Shown here: positions 36,467-48,703 of the stretch, one piece after another
How the letters are laid out: each line of letters begins with the position of its first letter
Position numbering within the stretch: position 1 is the stretch's first letter
DNA from: Callorhinchus milii
Taxonomy: Eukaryota
Assembly: GCF_018977255.1 (NCBI RefSeq)
Contig: NW_024704742.1
Coordinates: 43,278,001 to 43,338,000, forward strand
DNA length: 60,000 nucleotides
Direction of reading: 5' to 3'
Translations under genes and position numbers: made by a program
Notes under the pieces: generated by a model
Told to the model about the DNA's origin: nothing
Database searches by the model: none
What the model saw: the letters and a program-made list of their open reading frames with translations, nothing else

Positions 36467-38619
36467 TGCTCTTGACACAGGAAACCTAAGTGAAATGGTT
36501 TTCAGTTGGTTTCATTCAGCATTGTCAAAGCTAAATGTACTAGAAGTGTATAAATGCCATTGGATACCCAGGAGTTTACAACCTCCCAATTTTTTTTGTG
36601 TGTGTGGGGAGAGGTGGGGGGGTGGTGAGAAAGCATATAGAAGATCCGTTGCACAGCATGTCTTGCTATAGCAAACAGCGATGGGAAAGAAAATACCAAC
36701 ACCTACAGCCTCAGGCAAAACACACAGTGACATTGCAGCGATGAATGTGTGAAACCTACTTGCACTACTTTTTCAGTTCACTAAGTCCTGGCATGAAAAC
36801 CCCTAGTTTGTTTTAAATAAATCAAGCCAAGTAATCTAAGATGATTAAGGATAGCACTATTCGTAACAGCAATCGTATAGATTGAGATGAGAAAATAATT
36901 CAAGCAACAAGACAGCCTGTACACCTGGGGTCAGGAAGGGTTTGTCAATGGGAGGGCAGATTACCAAAACAGAATAACAAAGGTGGATAAATATGCTGGA
37001 GTGTTGATAGAATTGTACTGGATTTATGCATGACTTTATCTCAGCAGATAAATGGGGTAGAGTTCAGGATGACAAATATGGTCTGTGGCAGGCATGGAAC
37101 TGATAGGCCAAATGGTTTTTCCTTCCGTGTGTGTGCCAAAAGCAAAGCAGTGGAAAAATCAAGTTGAGTAATATTATACGTAAACTCTGCACTCCATTTC
37201 CTTAACCACAGTGCATCTTTGAAAGGGTGACATTAAAACAGGTGTAAATTAAAAACAGAATAAGGGAAGGAGTGAGACATGGAAAATGCTTTAACCTGTA
37301 GGTTTCAAATGTTATAAACTGATTTATTTCAAATATCCAGTGCTTTATGTCAGTTGCGTTATTTATAGTACATCTTAGAGAGTTATTTCAATTTAAAATA
37401 TATATCATGTTATGGTAAAAGAAAAGACAGATGATATCCGTGACTTTTAGTGACCTGAGGTCTTGTGACATCAGCAGCCGTATTTCCATAATATGGACTA
37501 ACTGACTGTGTATAACCTGGTCTTTATTCTAGAGATCACACACAATAATTGATTAATCAGATTACTATCAAAAGGAAGTATGGCATGGAACAGTAGTTTG
37601 CATGCATTGGATAGAAACATTCAGCTTCCCCTTACAGAAGACAGTTTGATAATAAAAGAAGCACTGAAATATCAAGAATATATAGCTTGGTAATTGACAC
37701 ATGTACTGCTGAAAAATGCAATCGAAAATGAATTGGATTTTGCTCAGAGTGACATCAACACATTATTGTGCAGAATTCTGAATTTGCATTCAATCACGCG
37801 CATAAACCATTTCTGATTACTTAATTTACCCAAGTATTCAGTTACATATTTCAATAGCTGAAAGAATATTTGGCTTCCAATATAATTGGTTGGCACTTCT
37901 CTGCATGTCTTTGTTCAACTTCAAATCTAAATTTCCTTCCATTTCTGCCTCCACAATCTTGTAAATGATGACAGGACATTACTGATTGACTGCACGTTCA
38001 ATACATTCTAGATATTTATTTTTCCAGACAGTGATGCATGCATAGGCATTACATAAACCAGCTCACTGTGATGGGAATGTGGCTATTCGTTAGATGTTAA
38101 TCTAAAGGCCCATGTAAACTTAAAACTGTCATGTGCTGAAATGAGTAAATAAATCTCAGCTTTTATACAACTCCTGCCCCTAACAGTTCCATTGTTACAG
38201 ATAATTGAAGTTTTGCAGCTTGTGGATGCCTGAGCCACCTTGAACCAGCTGTCTGGCTACCGTCCAGCTTGAGATTATCCACTGTAGGAGAGTGTGCCAA
38301 TGGAGAACTTGTTTTGTTAATTTTCTGCCATTAGATGTTGCTATTGTGCCTTGTAATATTATACTATAACAATTAGTAATAAAATATTATTCCCCACCCT
38401 TCGCACTGCCCCTTCCTCCAAGTTGAGTGCCAGATCAGGTGGTTAAAGCACTTTGAGATGTCCTCCTGACATGAAAGACACGTGTAAATGTCAATTGATG
38501 TTGTATTTTATTGACTTTTTAATTCTAATTACTATATAAATCAAGATTTTGAACATCCATTTTCTTTGCAACCCTTTTGATATCTGCATTATTCTTGGTG
38601 GGGGGTGGGGGGAGGAGGG

Positions 38620-39085
38620 GGGTTATAAGAAGGGTCTCCTTGGAGTTTGTCAATGGAATGTCAGAATTGAGCCAGCCCTGTGACGGTCTTGTTGGTCCAG
38701 TTCCTGATCCAGTCGGGCACTGCTGATGACAGCAAAGCCAGCATGGCTCATTGGCAGGAACTGAAGGGGCAGAGACACTTCCCATACAGCTCCCATTAAC
38801 CCTGCAAACCAAAGCCCTAGTGGGTAGGGCGGGCCTGGCTGGTAAAGCAGGGGGAAAGCAAGCTATGCAGTTTTAACTGGTTGGACTCCAGCAGTACCCC
38901 AACACTGGTGTTCTCAAGCCTTGGATCTTGCCAACTTACTTTCTAGAATTGGATCAGCAGGATGCTTCCCTTCAGGGAGAGAGTGCACATTCTAAGCCAA
39001 CAAATATTTCTGAAATTTCCATGTGTAGGTGGGATGCATGGAACTCTCAGTTTGGTTTGGATACCGGATGTCTGGCTGATACCCC
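38620..39085 (+). repeat. Unclassified interspersed repeat, copy 3
   Basis: GGAATGTCAGAATTGAGCCAGCCC...GTCCAGTTCCTGA...TTTCCATGTGTAGGTGGGATGCATGGAACTCTCAGTTTGGTTTGGATA, as in copy 1. Confidence 0.88.
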
Positions 39086-39754
39086 CCACTCAAAAAAAGC
39101 ATTAGGAATAGTCAAATTTTGTACTTCGACAATGATTAGGTAAGTAAAAGTACTGAACAACTAAGAGAACATGGTGACGTCCTTATAGACTGTGCTTGGT
39201 TTGTTTAGCCAAATCATTCCCATGGTTTGGCCAAGGTTCAGCAAGAATCAAGTTAACAATAACACAATATTTCTCAAATTGTTTAAAAATACCTGCATGC
39301 TCTACTTGTGAGGCTAACAACAGGCTTCGTAAGGTGCGGCTTTGTAAGCAGTGCCCATGTCCTTTGCTTTTATGTCTCAGTTCTCTAAGATTGTGTTTGG
39401 GCATTTATATATCAGTCATCACAATAAAAACTAAATAATAGCTGCCTCTTTGCAACTGGAAGAATTGTTCTGCATTTAATTGCTCCAACCCCTCAAGCAT
39501 GCATCTGTATGATCTCATCTTGATTTGTCTAGGTTTCTGCTCTTTCAAAACCTGCACCAATGTATTGCCAGTTTACAATTCATCAATTGTTTCTTTTAAC
39601 ATTCTTCTTGCTTTCTCAGAGGAAGCACTATGAGACATTATCCTACGTGAAGGCCATTATACAAATGCAAGTTGTTTTTGACTTAATTCTTGCTCTCCAC
39701 ACCGCACACTTTTATTCTTATAGGTATCCAATACTTTGTACATGTTGATATCTC

Positions 39755-40102
39755 CAAGCCATAGTTCAGGTGGAATTGAACAGAAGCTTCCTGGTTTAAT
39801 TCCTGGCATCAGCTATGTTGGTTGGTCTTGGTAGGGGTAGGAGAATGCATGCTATAATTGGCCTCAGAGACCATGGATTAGGAAGAGAGAAGCTCCAAAA
39901 AATCCAGTTAGGACTTCTGCTCTTGATCACTATTTAGGGACCGTCTGTGTATGTGGAATGCTTATGAGGACAGAAATGGGTTTGTCTATGGTTGAACAGA
40001 CTGCTAACACTCACTAATTGGGTTCACACATTAAGAATAACCACTGGGTTGAGGTAACAGAGGGTAGCCAGTGAACATGGAGCTATACACCAACATCAAG
40101 TC
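39755..40102 (+). mobile_element. MamSINE1-like SINE, near full length, degenerate
   Basis: GGTTTAATTCCTGG, GCTATAATTGGCCTCAG, TGCTCTTGATCACTAT, TGAGGACAG, ACACTCACT..GGTTCACACATTAAGAATAACCACT..GAGGTA. Confidence 0.68.
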
Positions 40103-41479
40103 ATGCCCACCCCCCCATCCACCCCACCCCACACACACACCTTCGAGAGGAGATTGGTGTTTAAATTTATTTATATCAATAAGTACAACAGCTTCAACTG
40201 ATATTTTTTCAGACTATTTTTCTCAGTTAGTAAATCCAACATGTCACAGGCAGCATATAATATGATAAACATCTCCACGCATGACTTTATCAAGTCTAAG
40301 TTATCCAGTCAGCCTGTGGACAAATTTATCATATCTTCTGTGTAACGCATGAATCCTGTCAGCATTTATTATTTATAATATCTACAATTTGATTTGTATT
40401 TAAATGCTGAAGTGTAAATCAAAGTCTTACTTGGTAATAGTTACAGTGACACTCTTAATAATGACAATATGGCAGTATTTTCTGATATATGCAACATTTG
40501 ACATAAAAACTAAATCATTGAGGTTAAGTACTTGATTGAGGTTGTAACGGGATGTTATTCTTTGACTGGAAAGATTTACTGAAAAATAATACAGTATATT
40601 TTACTGAGTTGGAAAATATTTATTCTATTCAATTCCAGGTCTGTGCTGGGTTTGCTGATTTAAGGCTAGGGTTGCTCCAACAGCATTATAGCGATTTTCA
40701 CATAGGAGAACACAGGGGAATATAGAAGAAGCCCTTGACAAAGACAGAACAATAGCTTTGTCTAAGATGGAAGGATGTGGGTGATGGTAGGTGGAAGTGG
40801 CCGAATGTGCGATCGAAGAGGTAGTTTTTATTTAGACAAATTTGGTAAGCAGAGAGAAGGGATGGAGGCAATTTCGACAACAGAAAATGGTAAAGGACAT
40901 TGGTTAGGCCACTGTTGCAAAATTGTGCTTAGTATTGGATGTCATAAAAATGGAGAGGGTGCAGTGCAAATTGTTTAGGATGATACAGGGTATGAGACAA
41001 ATTTTAGCTAAATTGGAGCATTTGTCTTTGGAGAAGTGGCAATTGAAAGGGTAGATTATAAAGCTTTATGAGTTTAAGGGCTTTTTTATGTTCTATGTTC
41101 TATGTAAAAGCAGAGAATTTCCCTGCACAAGGAAGGAGTGCAATTCCAAATTGCCCTTTTGTTTAATTAATCCCACTTTTCAACTCTCTCCTCATATCCC
41201 TTAATTTTTTTTTACTACTCAGGTGCTTATCCAGTACACTTTTGAACAGTTTTATTGATCAAGCCTCAATATCTACATGTGATAATTATTATCAAACCTA
41301 AGCAACCATCTGTGTGAAAAAATACTGAGGGCAAGAAGGGGAAAAGCTTTTCCTTTTGTGTGAAATCTGTGACATATTATGGGAGAGGTTAAGAGAATCT
41401 TTTTCAAAAGAAATGTCCTTGTGTTGCAAAAAATACCTGTGTGATGCTGGGATTTGGAGAAGTAAAATTAGAACAATCC

Positions 41480-41921
41480 CTGTAACTTCATGAATCTGGT
41501 TGGAGATCAGTAAGCAAAGCCTCCGTGCCTGTGTACAGCCTTGCGTCCTCATACCTCCACGGTCTTGTTCGTCCCTACCTCTGTGACCTGCTAACTCCAT
41601 ACTGGCCTGAACGCTCCCTCTGCTTGGTTGACTCTGGCCTGCTCCATGTCCCCCGCCTTGCCCGCCCACCATCATCAGTTGGGCATTCAGCCTTTCTATA
41701 GAACTCCACCCCACAGTTCCTTCAGCTCATCCCACCACCTACTTCTTTCAAGGCCCATCTAAAGACCTTTCACTCGACTGCGCTTTCGGTCACCTTCCTA
41801 CCCCCAACCTACCTGTCCTCCACCTAATCCCAACCCCCAGCTCGGATGCAGATGTTTGACTGTCCAGCACCTTGGGTTGTCCTCCCGAAGTGAAAGGCGC
41901 TTTATAAATATCATTGTTGTG
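41480..41921 (+). mobile_element. L2 3' fragment
   Basis: CTCCACGGTCTTGTTCGTCCCTACCTCTGTGACCTGC...TTCAAGGCCCATCTAAAGACC. Tail CCCGAAGTGAAAGGCGCTTTATAAAT. Confidence 0.88.
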
Positions 41922-43214
41922 TATGACTATAACAATTGCTGAGCTGTGCCTCCCCACCTTTGCGCTGTACAGGTGGCAGCATCGCCGCAACTCCCCGCTC
42001 ACAATCTTGTTAAACACTGTCAGTGCTGCACCATTTGGCCGAATAATTAAATCGTTGACTGAAATGTTAGCATAAGCTAACAATGGTGCCATGTGACTAC
42101 CCTTTGGTAAACAATGTGACATGGACAATCAGTTGTGCTTTTCAATAAAAAATCCTAGAAATTGGACATTTTTTGCCAAAGGAAACAAATGCTTCCCAGG
42201 AACATGTTAAATTCTTTCACTTCCAAACTTCAATTTATGCAGATTACCTGAACATTTTTGTGCATTGAAAAATCATTTTATTTAACAAAACCTTCAACAA
42301 GATGCAGTGAACACATTTTGTTGAATTCTACAGAATACAGGACACATTGCTTATGCTTTAAATACAACACCTATTTGTCACCTCTTTTCCTATCTGATTT
42401 ATACCATTCCTTGCTGCGATATGTCAAGCGTGGTCTTTTGCCATGTGAGCTGCCTCTTGCTGATAGCAATATTATAAAGCTAAGTGGCATTCTGTGTACC
42501 TTAGACTTGGTGTGACCATGAGGAAAGCAGGCGCTGTTTACCCCATAGTATCATTGTTCTCTTACAAACTCTTAGAATTCATGACTCACAGCAAATCCCC
42601 CAAAATAAACAGCCAGCATCTGATTTATTACATTAAAACCTTGCTACCAGCTGCATTCCCTGCATCTTCCACATGTTGAGAGCAGCCTTAGGCAGAAAGG
42701 TTGCATTTTCAGCGTAGGGAAATGCCAAGCTAGCTAAAACGTATTCCCCTGTTATCTAAAAGCAATTTTGAATTTCAAAGTTTTTTTATTAATATTTTTA
42801 CACCCAAGACATGTATTGTAATGGATCAATAACAAGCTGGATTTGTGCTTGAAATACATTATTTGTCACTGTTTAGTAAATGCACAGCAGTGATGTTTTA
42901 AAGCTTAACTTCAAGCTCAGCATAATGTTTAAAATCTCATTATTGTGCTGCTATTGCAAAATTTACTACCTCCATATGGTTAAATGAATCAGAAATAATG
43001 GGCATATTTTTCAAAATATCTACACTGGAAGCACCTGTTTTAACATTTTCACTAACTACACTTTTTCTTTGAGTGCCTCCTGGGATTGAGTTCTCCCTCT
43101 GGTATTTCAAACAATTGAGAGGCCATTCTACACGTTTGAGCTGAATAATGAAGGATGTTAGACTATATTGTAGCCTAACCCAATCTGAACCTCACCAGAA
43201 GAGAACACACACTT

Positions 43215-43521
43215 ATCAGTCTGGCTCAGTTGGTAGCACTCTCACCTCTATGTCAGAATGTTGTGGGATTTTCAGCTCAAAGCCCAGGCTAACAATGAAT
43301 GCAGTGCTGAGGGAGCATTGCAATATCACACGTGCCATCCTTTGGAAAGGTTGTTAAACCGAGGACCCATCTGCCGGTTCAGATGGATATTAAAGATTTC
43401 AGAGTACTATTCAAAAGGAGAAGGGAGTTTCTCCTCGTGTCCTAACTACAAATTCCCCACATAAAATTGGACATTTCGATGATATGATAAGGCGCTGTAT
43501 CAAATACAAGGATAATAATTA
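43215..43521 (+). mobile_element. Old Deu-domain SINE with partial 3' deletion
   Basis: Head TGGCTCAGTTGGTAGCACTCTCACCTCT. Deu-like core GTTAAACCGAGGACCCATCTGCCGGTTCAGATGGATATTAAAGAT...ACTATTCAAA. Tail GGCGCTGTATCAAATACAAGG. Confidence 0.85.
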
Positions 43522-43757
43522 TCATGAGTGAAAACCCTAGTTTTTTTGTCCCCTTCCACTGAGGCCAAATATAGTATCTCAATTGCTGACTGACTGAGAT
43601 TAGCTAAACTCAGCACAAATCAGAAAACAGCTAATAGTTAAATAATTAACAAAAGGATAAACACAACAAAATTAATTATTGGTTTGTACTGTGTCATAAA
43701 GTTACATGATATGAGTTTCTGCCCATGAATGTTGCACAATGATGATTTTGTTCAGAG

Positions 43758-44362
43758 CCTCAGGGCTCTGTCCTTGGTCCACTGCTCTTCAATATCTATA
43801 TGCTCCCTCTTGGTGACATGGGGTCAACTTCCACATGTATGCGGATGACACCCAAATCTACCTCTCCGAATCCACCCTTGACTCTAGTACCACTGCTATC
43901 CTGACAGAATGTCTGTCAGACATCAAGTCCTGGATGAAAACTAACTTTCTTCAGTTGAATGTCAATACCTCGTCACCTCAGGCTCTGACAGCATCACTAT
44001 TCATGGTTGCACACTCCACCTTCCTATAAGCCAGTCTAGAATCTTGGGGTCTTGTATGACTCTCAACTATCCTTTCTACCCCACATCAGCACCAGGACCC
44101 GCTTTGCCTGCCCAAACCTCCGAATATCGCCCGGCTCCACCACTGTCTCACACTGCAGGCCGCCGAAACCCTCATACATGTTTTCATTACATTGAGGCTT
44201 GACTTTGCAAACTCATTGCTTGTTGGACTCCCCAACTCCTCCTTCCATAGGCTGCAGATTATCCAGAACTCTGTAGCCCATGTCCTCTCCCGCACCAGGC
44301 TCTGTGACACTATCACCCCCATTCTCGCCCAACTCCACTGGCTTCCCATCACACAGAGGATA
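43758..44362 (+). mobile_element. L2 RT-core fragment lacking the 3' tail
   Basis: PQGSVLGPLLFNIYMLPLG...MYADDTQIYLS...CLSDIKSWMKTNFLQLN...LQIIQNS...LHWLPI. Confidence 0.95.
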
Positions 44363-45139
44363 CATAGTTAAGCTTTCAATGAAGTCTGATTTGCTGCTTC
44401 TGGTTTGTGAATATATTTGTGTCAAAATTGGTGTGCAGTGACTCACTGATCCTAGGCTGGGAAAGACCAAAATAAGACCAGCGAGCAAAATGCCAGTGGG
44501 AAACAAATGCAATTTTGCTCACCAGCCAATTTCCAAGCTACTGATTTGACATCTGTGATTCACTGGCCGTAAATTTTGCCCTCTAATATTTGCAAATCAA
44601 AGTCAAAATTAATGCAACAAATGCAGTTAATAGAACAAATGTGATCTTCAATGGAAAATCCTTTATATTCTCATGTCAAAAGATGTACCGCACTGATCAT
44701 TTAGATCCTCAAAAAAAACCTTTTAATCTTAAATCCGTAACCCTAAAATGTAAGATTGTATAGAAAACCTTTTACATTCGGTCTAATTCGGAAGTTGACT
44801 TTGCATAGATATTTTTGAATACTATGGGAAACTGTCTTCCAAATTGCAACTGAATTTAAGAATTTTCTAATATTCCATATAATTATACAATGTGACAAGC
44901 ATTTAGGGCCTCAGATGAAAATATCCTTCAAAGAGTTTCTGATCTAACACGTGCCGTGGAAAGTGCAGCAAAGTCAGAGCCTTCCTCATTCTAATAAAAT
45001 AATCCATGCATTTGATTTAGTACCTTTCACATGGGTGTGTCCAAGAGAAATATGGAGGTCGAGGCATGTGCTTACTCTTGCAAGATAAAGTTCTTATTTT
45101 CTGTGAACAAGTTTAGTTCATTGACTTACAGGTCATGAC

Positions 45140-45425
45140 TTACAACTCTAAATCCCAGAATTATCCACTTGCTCTTCTCTGTATCCTCTCTAATTCATCA
45201 ATGTTCTTTGTTAAGGATGGTGTCTATAATTGCAGACGGTGTTCCAGTGATACATACAAGGTTAGAATAACTTGTTTGACTTGCAGTGAAAATGTCCTTG
45301 AGAAGTAAACTAGTATTTGTTAGTTTTGTTGACAGCAGCTTCTCATTTACTCAATATGTTCAATCAATGAACATATTGAGTAAATGTCCCCGAATACTTT
45401 TCCTTCTCCACCTTCATTGGCTACA
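45140..45425 (-). mobile_element. Old CR1 fragment
   Basis: TTGCTCTTCTCTGTATCCTCTCTAATTCATCAATGT reads IDELERIQRRA in reverse. Confidence 0.65.
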
Positions 45426-45430
45426 CATTT

Positions 45431-45665
45431 AAGGGAGAAATTCCACCTAGCTCTAGATTTATGCTATTTACTTAGCTTTTCTGAGCATCCACAATTTGGT
45501 AAATTACTCAATTTAGTATTAAGTTTTATGTTAATCTTCTGTAGTTCTTAAAATAATGTTTTTGCCTTATTTAACTAGCTTCAAAATGACAATTTAAGAA
45601 TCAGAATGCTCAGAAAAGCTAAGTAAATAGAGTAAATCTAGTCCCAGGTAAAATTTATTTCCCTT
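45431..45665. mobile_element. MITE/foldback element with long terminal inverted repeats
   Basis: 45453-45488 CTAGATTTATGCTATTTACTTAGCTTTTCTGAGCAT is the reverse complement of 45606-45641 except at 2 positions. Looser pairing extends out to AAGGG/CCCTT. Confidence 0.8.
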
Positions 45666-46589
45666 TGTCACTGTTTCAAATGAATTATTTTATAGCACAT
45701 TCCACTACAAGTTTGGCTCATAAGATAGATATATGGAACTTTCAGTCTGGTTTAGATACTCTTAAGCATACTAATAATTTGTGCAGGTATCAGACACCCT
45801 GTTAACCAAAACAAATGTTGGCTTTACAGCGATCCTGAATCAGAAGGCTACTCATATTGCAAAACTGCCTTTAATCTTGGCTTCAAATCTCCCAAGACAT
45901 GACCCTGAGTTGGATGTCCCATTGCCTCTGCAAGTACGAGATCAGACTTTGATAGTAAAAAGCAGGCAAGTTCTAGCTAGCAACTCAGTGATGTTCTGTA
46001 CATATGAAGACATCTTAACATCATTGTGTAAGTAACATAATGATTTCAAGTGAAAAATGCTATTAAGATTCTTTTTGGATTCTTCACCAGCCAAATTTCT
46101 ATAAAAGCCAGGAACAAAGTCATCTCCTGACATTCACTCCCATTATTTGTACCACCAGAGATTACAACAAACACTGAGCCTGATTCTTGAACATTTTAAA
46201 AGCACAGTGGTATTTATAGTGCTACTTAATAGCATAGTGTTTTCTGCTTCCAATTATTCAGCCAGTTTCAAAACAAACCTGTTTATTTGTCTTCAGTTCC
46301 ATGAGCTTTAACCAGCTGTAAATGTTTCTAAACTACAACTATATCAGATGCCGTCTGAATTTCCAGTTATATTATTTTTTCTGGATAGCTCTTATTCTGT
46401 GACCTCCTCAAAGAATTCCAGCAGATTTGTGAGGCATGACTTATTACCTCTAAGTCAGGTTAACTACTCCTGTTGTTTTTATGTGGCAGAAAGAAAAGAT
46501 TCCATTCAAAATGAAGTTCAATCAAAATAGATGGGTTAAAAATCTGAGGCCCAAAATGTTATTTAGTTTTAGTGAGTAAAACCATTTTG

Positions 46590-46893
46590 TCTTCACAGCA
46601 CTTCACAGGATTCGCCGTAAAGTGTAGTTACAGTGAATTATGTGGACAAACAGAGCAGCCAATTTTGCACATAGCCAGTGCCCCAGAAACAATTATGAAA
46701 CAAACGACCAATTGTATCTGGGGAATTGTTGGCCAGGACACGAGGAGAAACTCCCCTTCTCTTTTTGAGAAGTGCTGGGATCCCCAGTACTAAATTGGAG
46801 AGTCACCTGAGACTGTGTGTTCAAAGTTCTGAAGTGGGACTTGAGCCCAGAACCTTCAGAGGCAAGAGTGTTACCAATTGAGTTAGGCTGACA
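46590..46893 (-). mobile_element. Old Deu-domain SINE
   Basis: Minus-strand head GTCAGCCTAACTCAATTGGTAACACTCTTGCCTCTGAAGGTTCTGGGCTCAAGTCCCACT. 3' part shared with the other copies. Confidence 0.82.
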
Positions 46894-46999
46894 CCTCAAT
46901 CACAGATTAAGGTTTGTTGGAATTCTGTGCCTGTCAACTTCAACCAAAAGAAGTGGCTAAACCCATAATTGGTTAATTATAGTTTAGCGAATAATCACT

Positions 47000-47340
47000 C
47001 AGATAAAATTGATCAATCACTTCATTGTTTGTGGGTCATCACTGTCCACAAGTGGCTGCCATATTCACCTACAAAATCCACAGTCACTAGAATTATGATA
47101 ATACAACAACATGTACCTATATAGCGCCCTCCACGCAGAGTAGTATCTCAGAGCGCTTAAAAGTAACGGAGCCTGACTCCGAGCTGGAAGGACGGGGGAG
47201 GTAGCCATAAGCATGGTCGAAGTGGAAAGTTTTCAGGTGGTACTTGAAAGAGATTTAATAGATTCTGTGAAATATTTTGAGATGTCCTCCTGGCATGATC
47301 GTGGCTATATCAAATGCATACAAGGATTATTTAATTATTA
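47000..47340 (+). mobile_element. SINE 3' half interrupted by an antisense L2 tail (47104-47250)
   Basis: CAGATAAAATTGATC...GTTTGTGGG...CAGTCACTA | L2 tail CAACAAC...ATATAGCGCCCTCCACGCAGAG | TTCTGTGAA...GGCTATATCAAATGC. Confidence 0.75.
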
Positions 47341-48283
47341 TTAAAATTATAAACTGCAAAGTTAACACAATCCAGGTAAAGAAGAAAGTACAAACAGCTA
47401 TTACCATTGTTTGACTGCGCTTAGAAGCAGCACTTTTCTGATGCTAAGGGACAAGGGAATTGGTATTTGTAAATGACATTATTATGGATGAGAAGCTATG
47501 TTGCACCATTCATTTAAGCAGTCAAGTGCTAAAACCAAGCAGAAAGCACCAAAATGCATAACATTATCCAGTTCTTCCTTGCTGGTGGATGTCAAACTAT
47601 ATTAATGTGCAGAATGATTTGCAAATCAAAGATGTTGAAACAGCGATTCAGCTTTAATTATAATGGCTGATAAAATGAAACAACTGCAATGTTTCAACCG
47701 CAATGTGTCTAATTGAACAAATCTGACGACGACAGAAACTGCAGGCACCTCAATTAGGTCTTAGATGAATAAACCCCCTGTGTAACATGACGGAATATGA
47801 CTGACATGCTAGAGAAGAACAAATTTAGTACAATAATGGGCATCAAATTTCTCATGGCACTTAGTCTTATGACCATGGTACTGTACATTGGCTAGAGGAA
47901 TGCCTTTAAGAGAGGCAAGGACAAAATTAGATTGGAAAAATGTAAAACTAAATTTTAAAAGAAATTCGATGTTTCCCATCCCCCAACAAACAAATACACT
48001 TTTTTGTGAGATCCGGGAGTCAACACACTGGTAATTGAAAGCAAAGCGCTGTGTGTGCGTGCATTTGTGCGTTCATGTGTGTGGGGAGAGAAGAGTAGGG
48101 ATTGGTTAGGGGAATAATTTAGCCAGTGCATTTAGTGGTAGTTGGTAATTGTGTTATAGACAACATAATCATAAACAAATTCAGCACAGGAGGCCATTCA
48201 GCCCATCGTGCCTCTGTAATATTGTCTGTACACTGGAACTGCACTCATGCCATTCCCTTGCTCTTTCCCTGTAATGGTATGTA

Positions 48284-48703
48284 CAGAGTGTTCACAAAGT
48301 CCTGTTACCTCCTGTTTTTTTCCTTGCAATGTATTTTTATATTGTTGCAGACGAGTCGAGTATAACAACGTCTGATACTAGTAACCTTCTCATCACTCCA
48401 GCCCAGTTACGCAAGATGTTGCACTGAGCATGGCGACGGATCATTATCTGCTATGAAAATGATGACGCTCACACGCACCGATCTTCTAAACGGGCGACTA
48501 AATATAATTAAATACTTGTATTGAATACAATTAAGTACTTCTAAATACAATTATCATCATTCTTCCAAGTGTTTCAGTTGTTGGTCAGTGCCCCGTACGA
48601 TACAAAATTAAATTTGATTTGTATAGCGCCTTTCATGTCGGGAGGACGTCCCAAGGCGCTATAGAAAAAAACATGGGGATAACAGGACTTTGCGAACACC
48701 CTG
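48284..48703 (+). mobile_element. Internally deleted Tc1/mariner DNA transposon (non-autonomous), TA TSD
   Basis: TA|CAGAGTGTTCACAAAGTCCTGTTACCTCC ... GGGGATAACAGGACTTTGCGAACACCCTG|TA. Internal frame ITPAQLRKMLH*AWRRIIICYENDDAHT resembles a Tc1/mariner transposase C-terminus. Confidence 0.88.
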
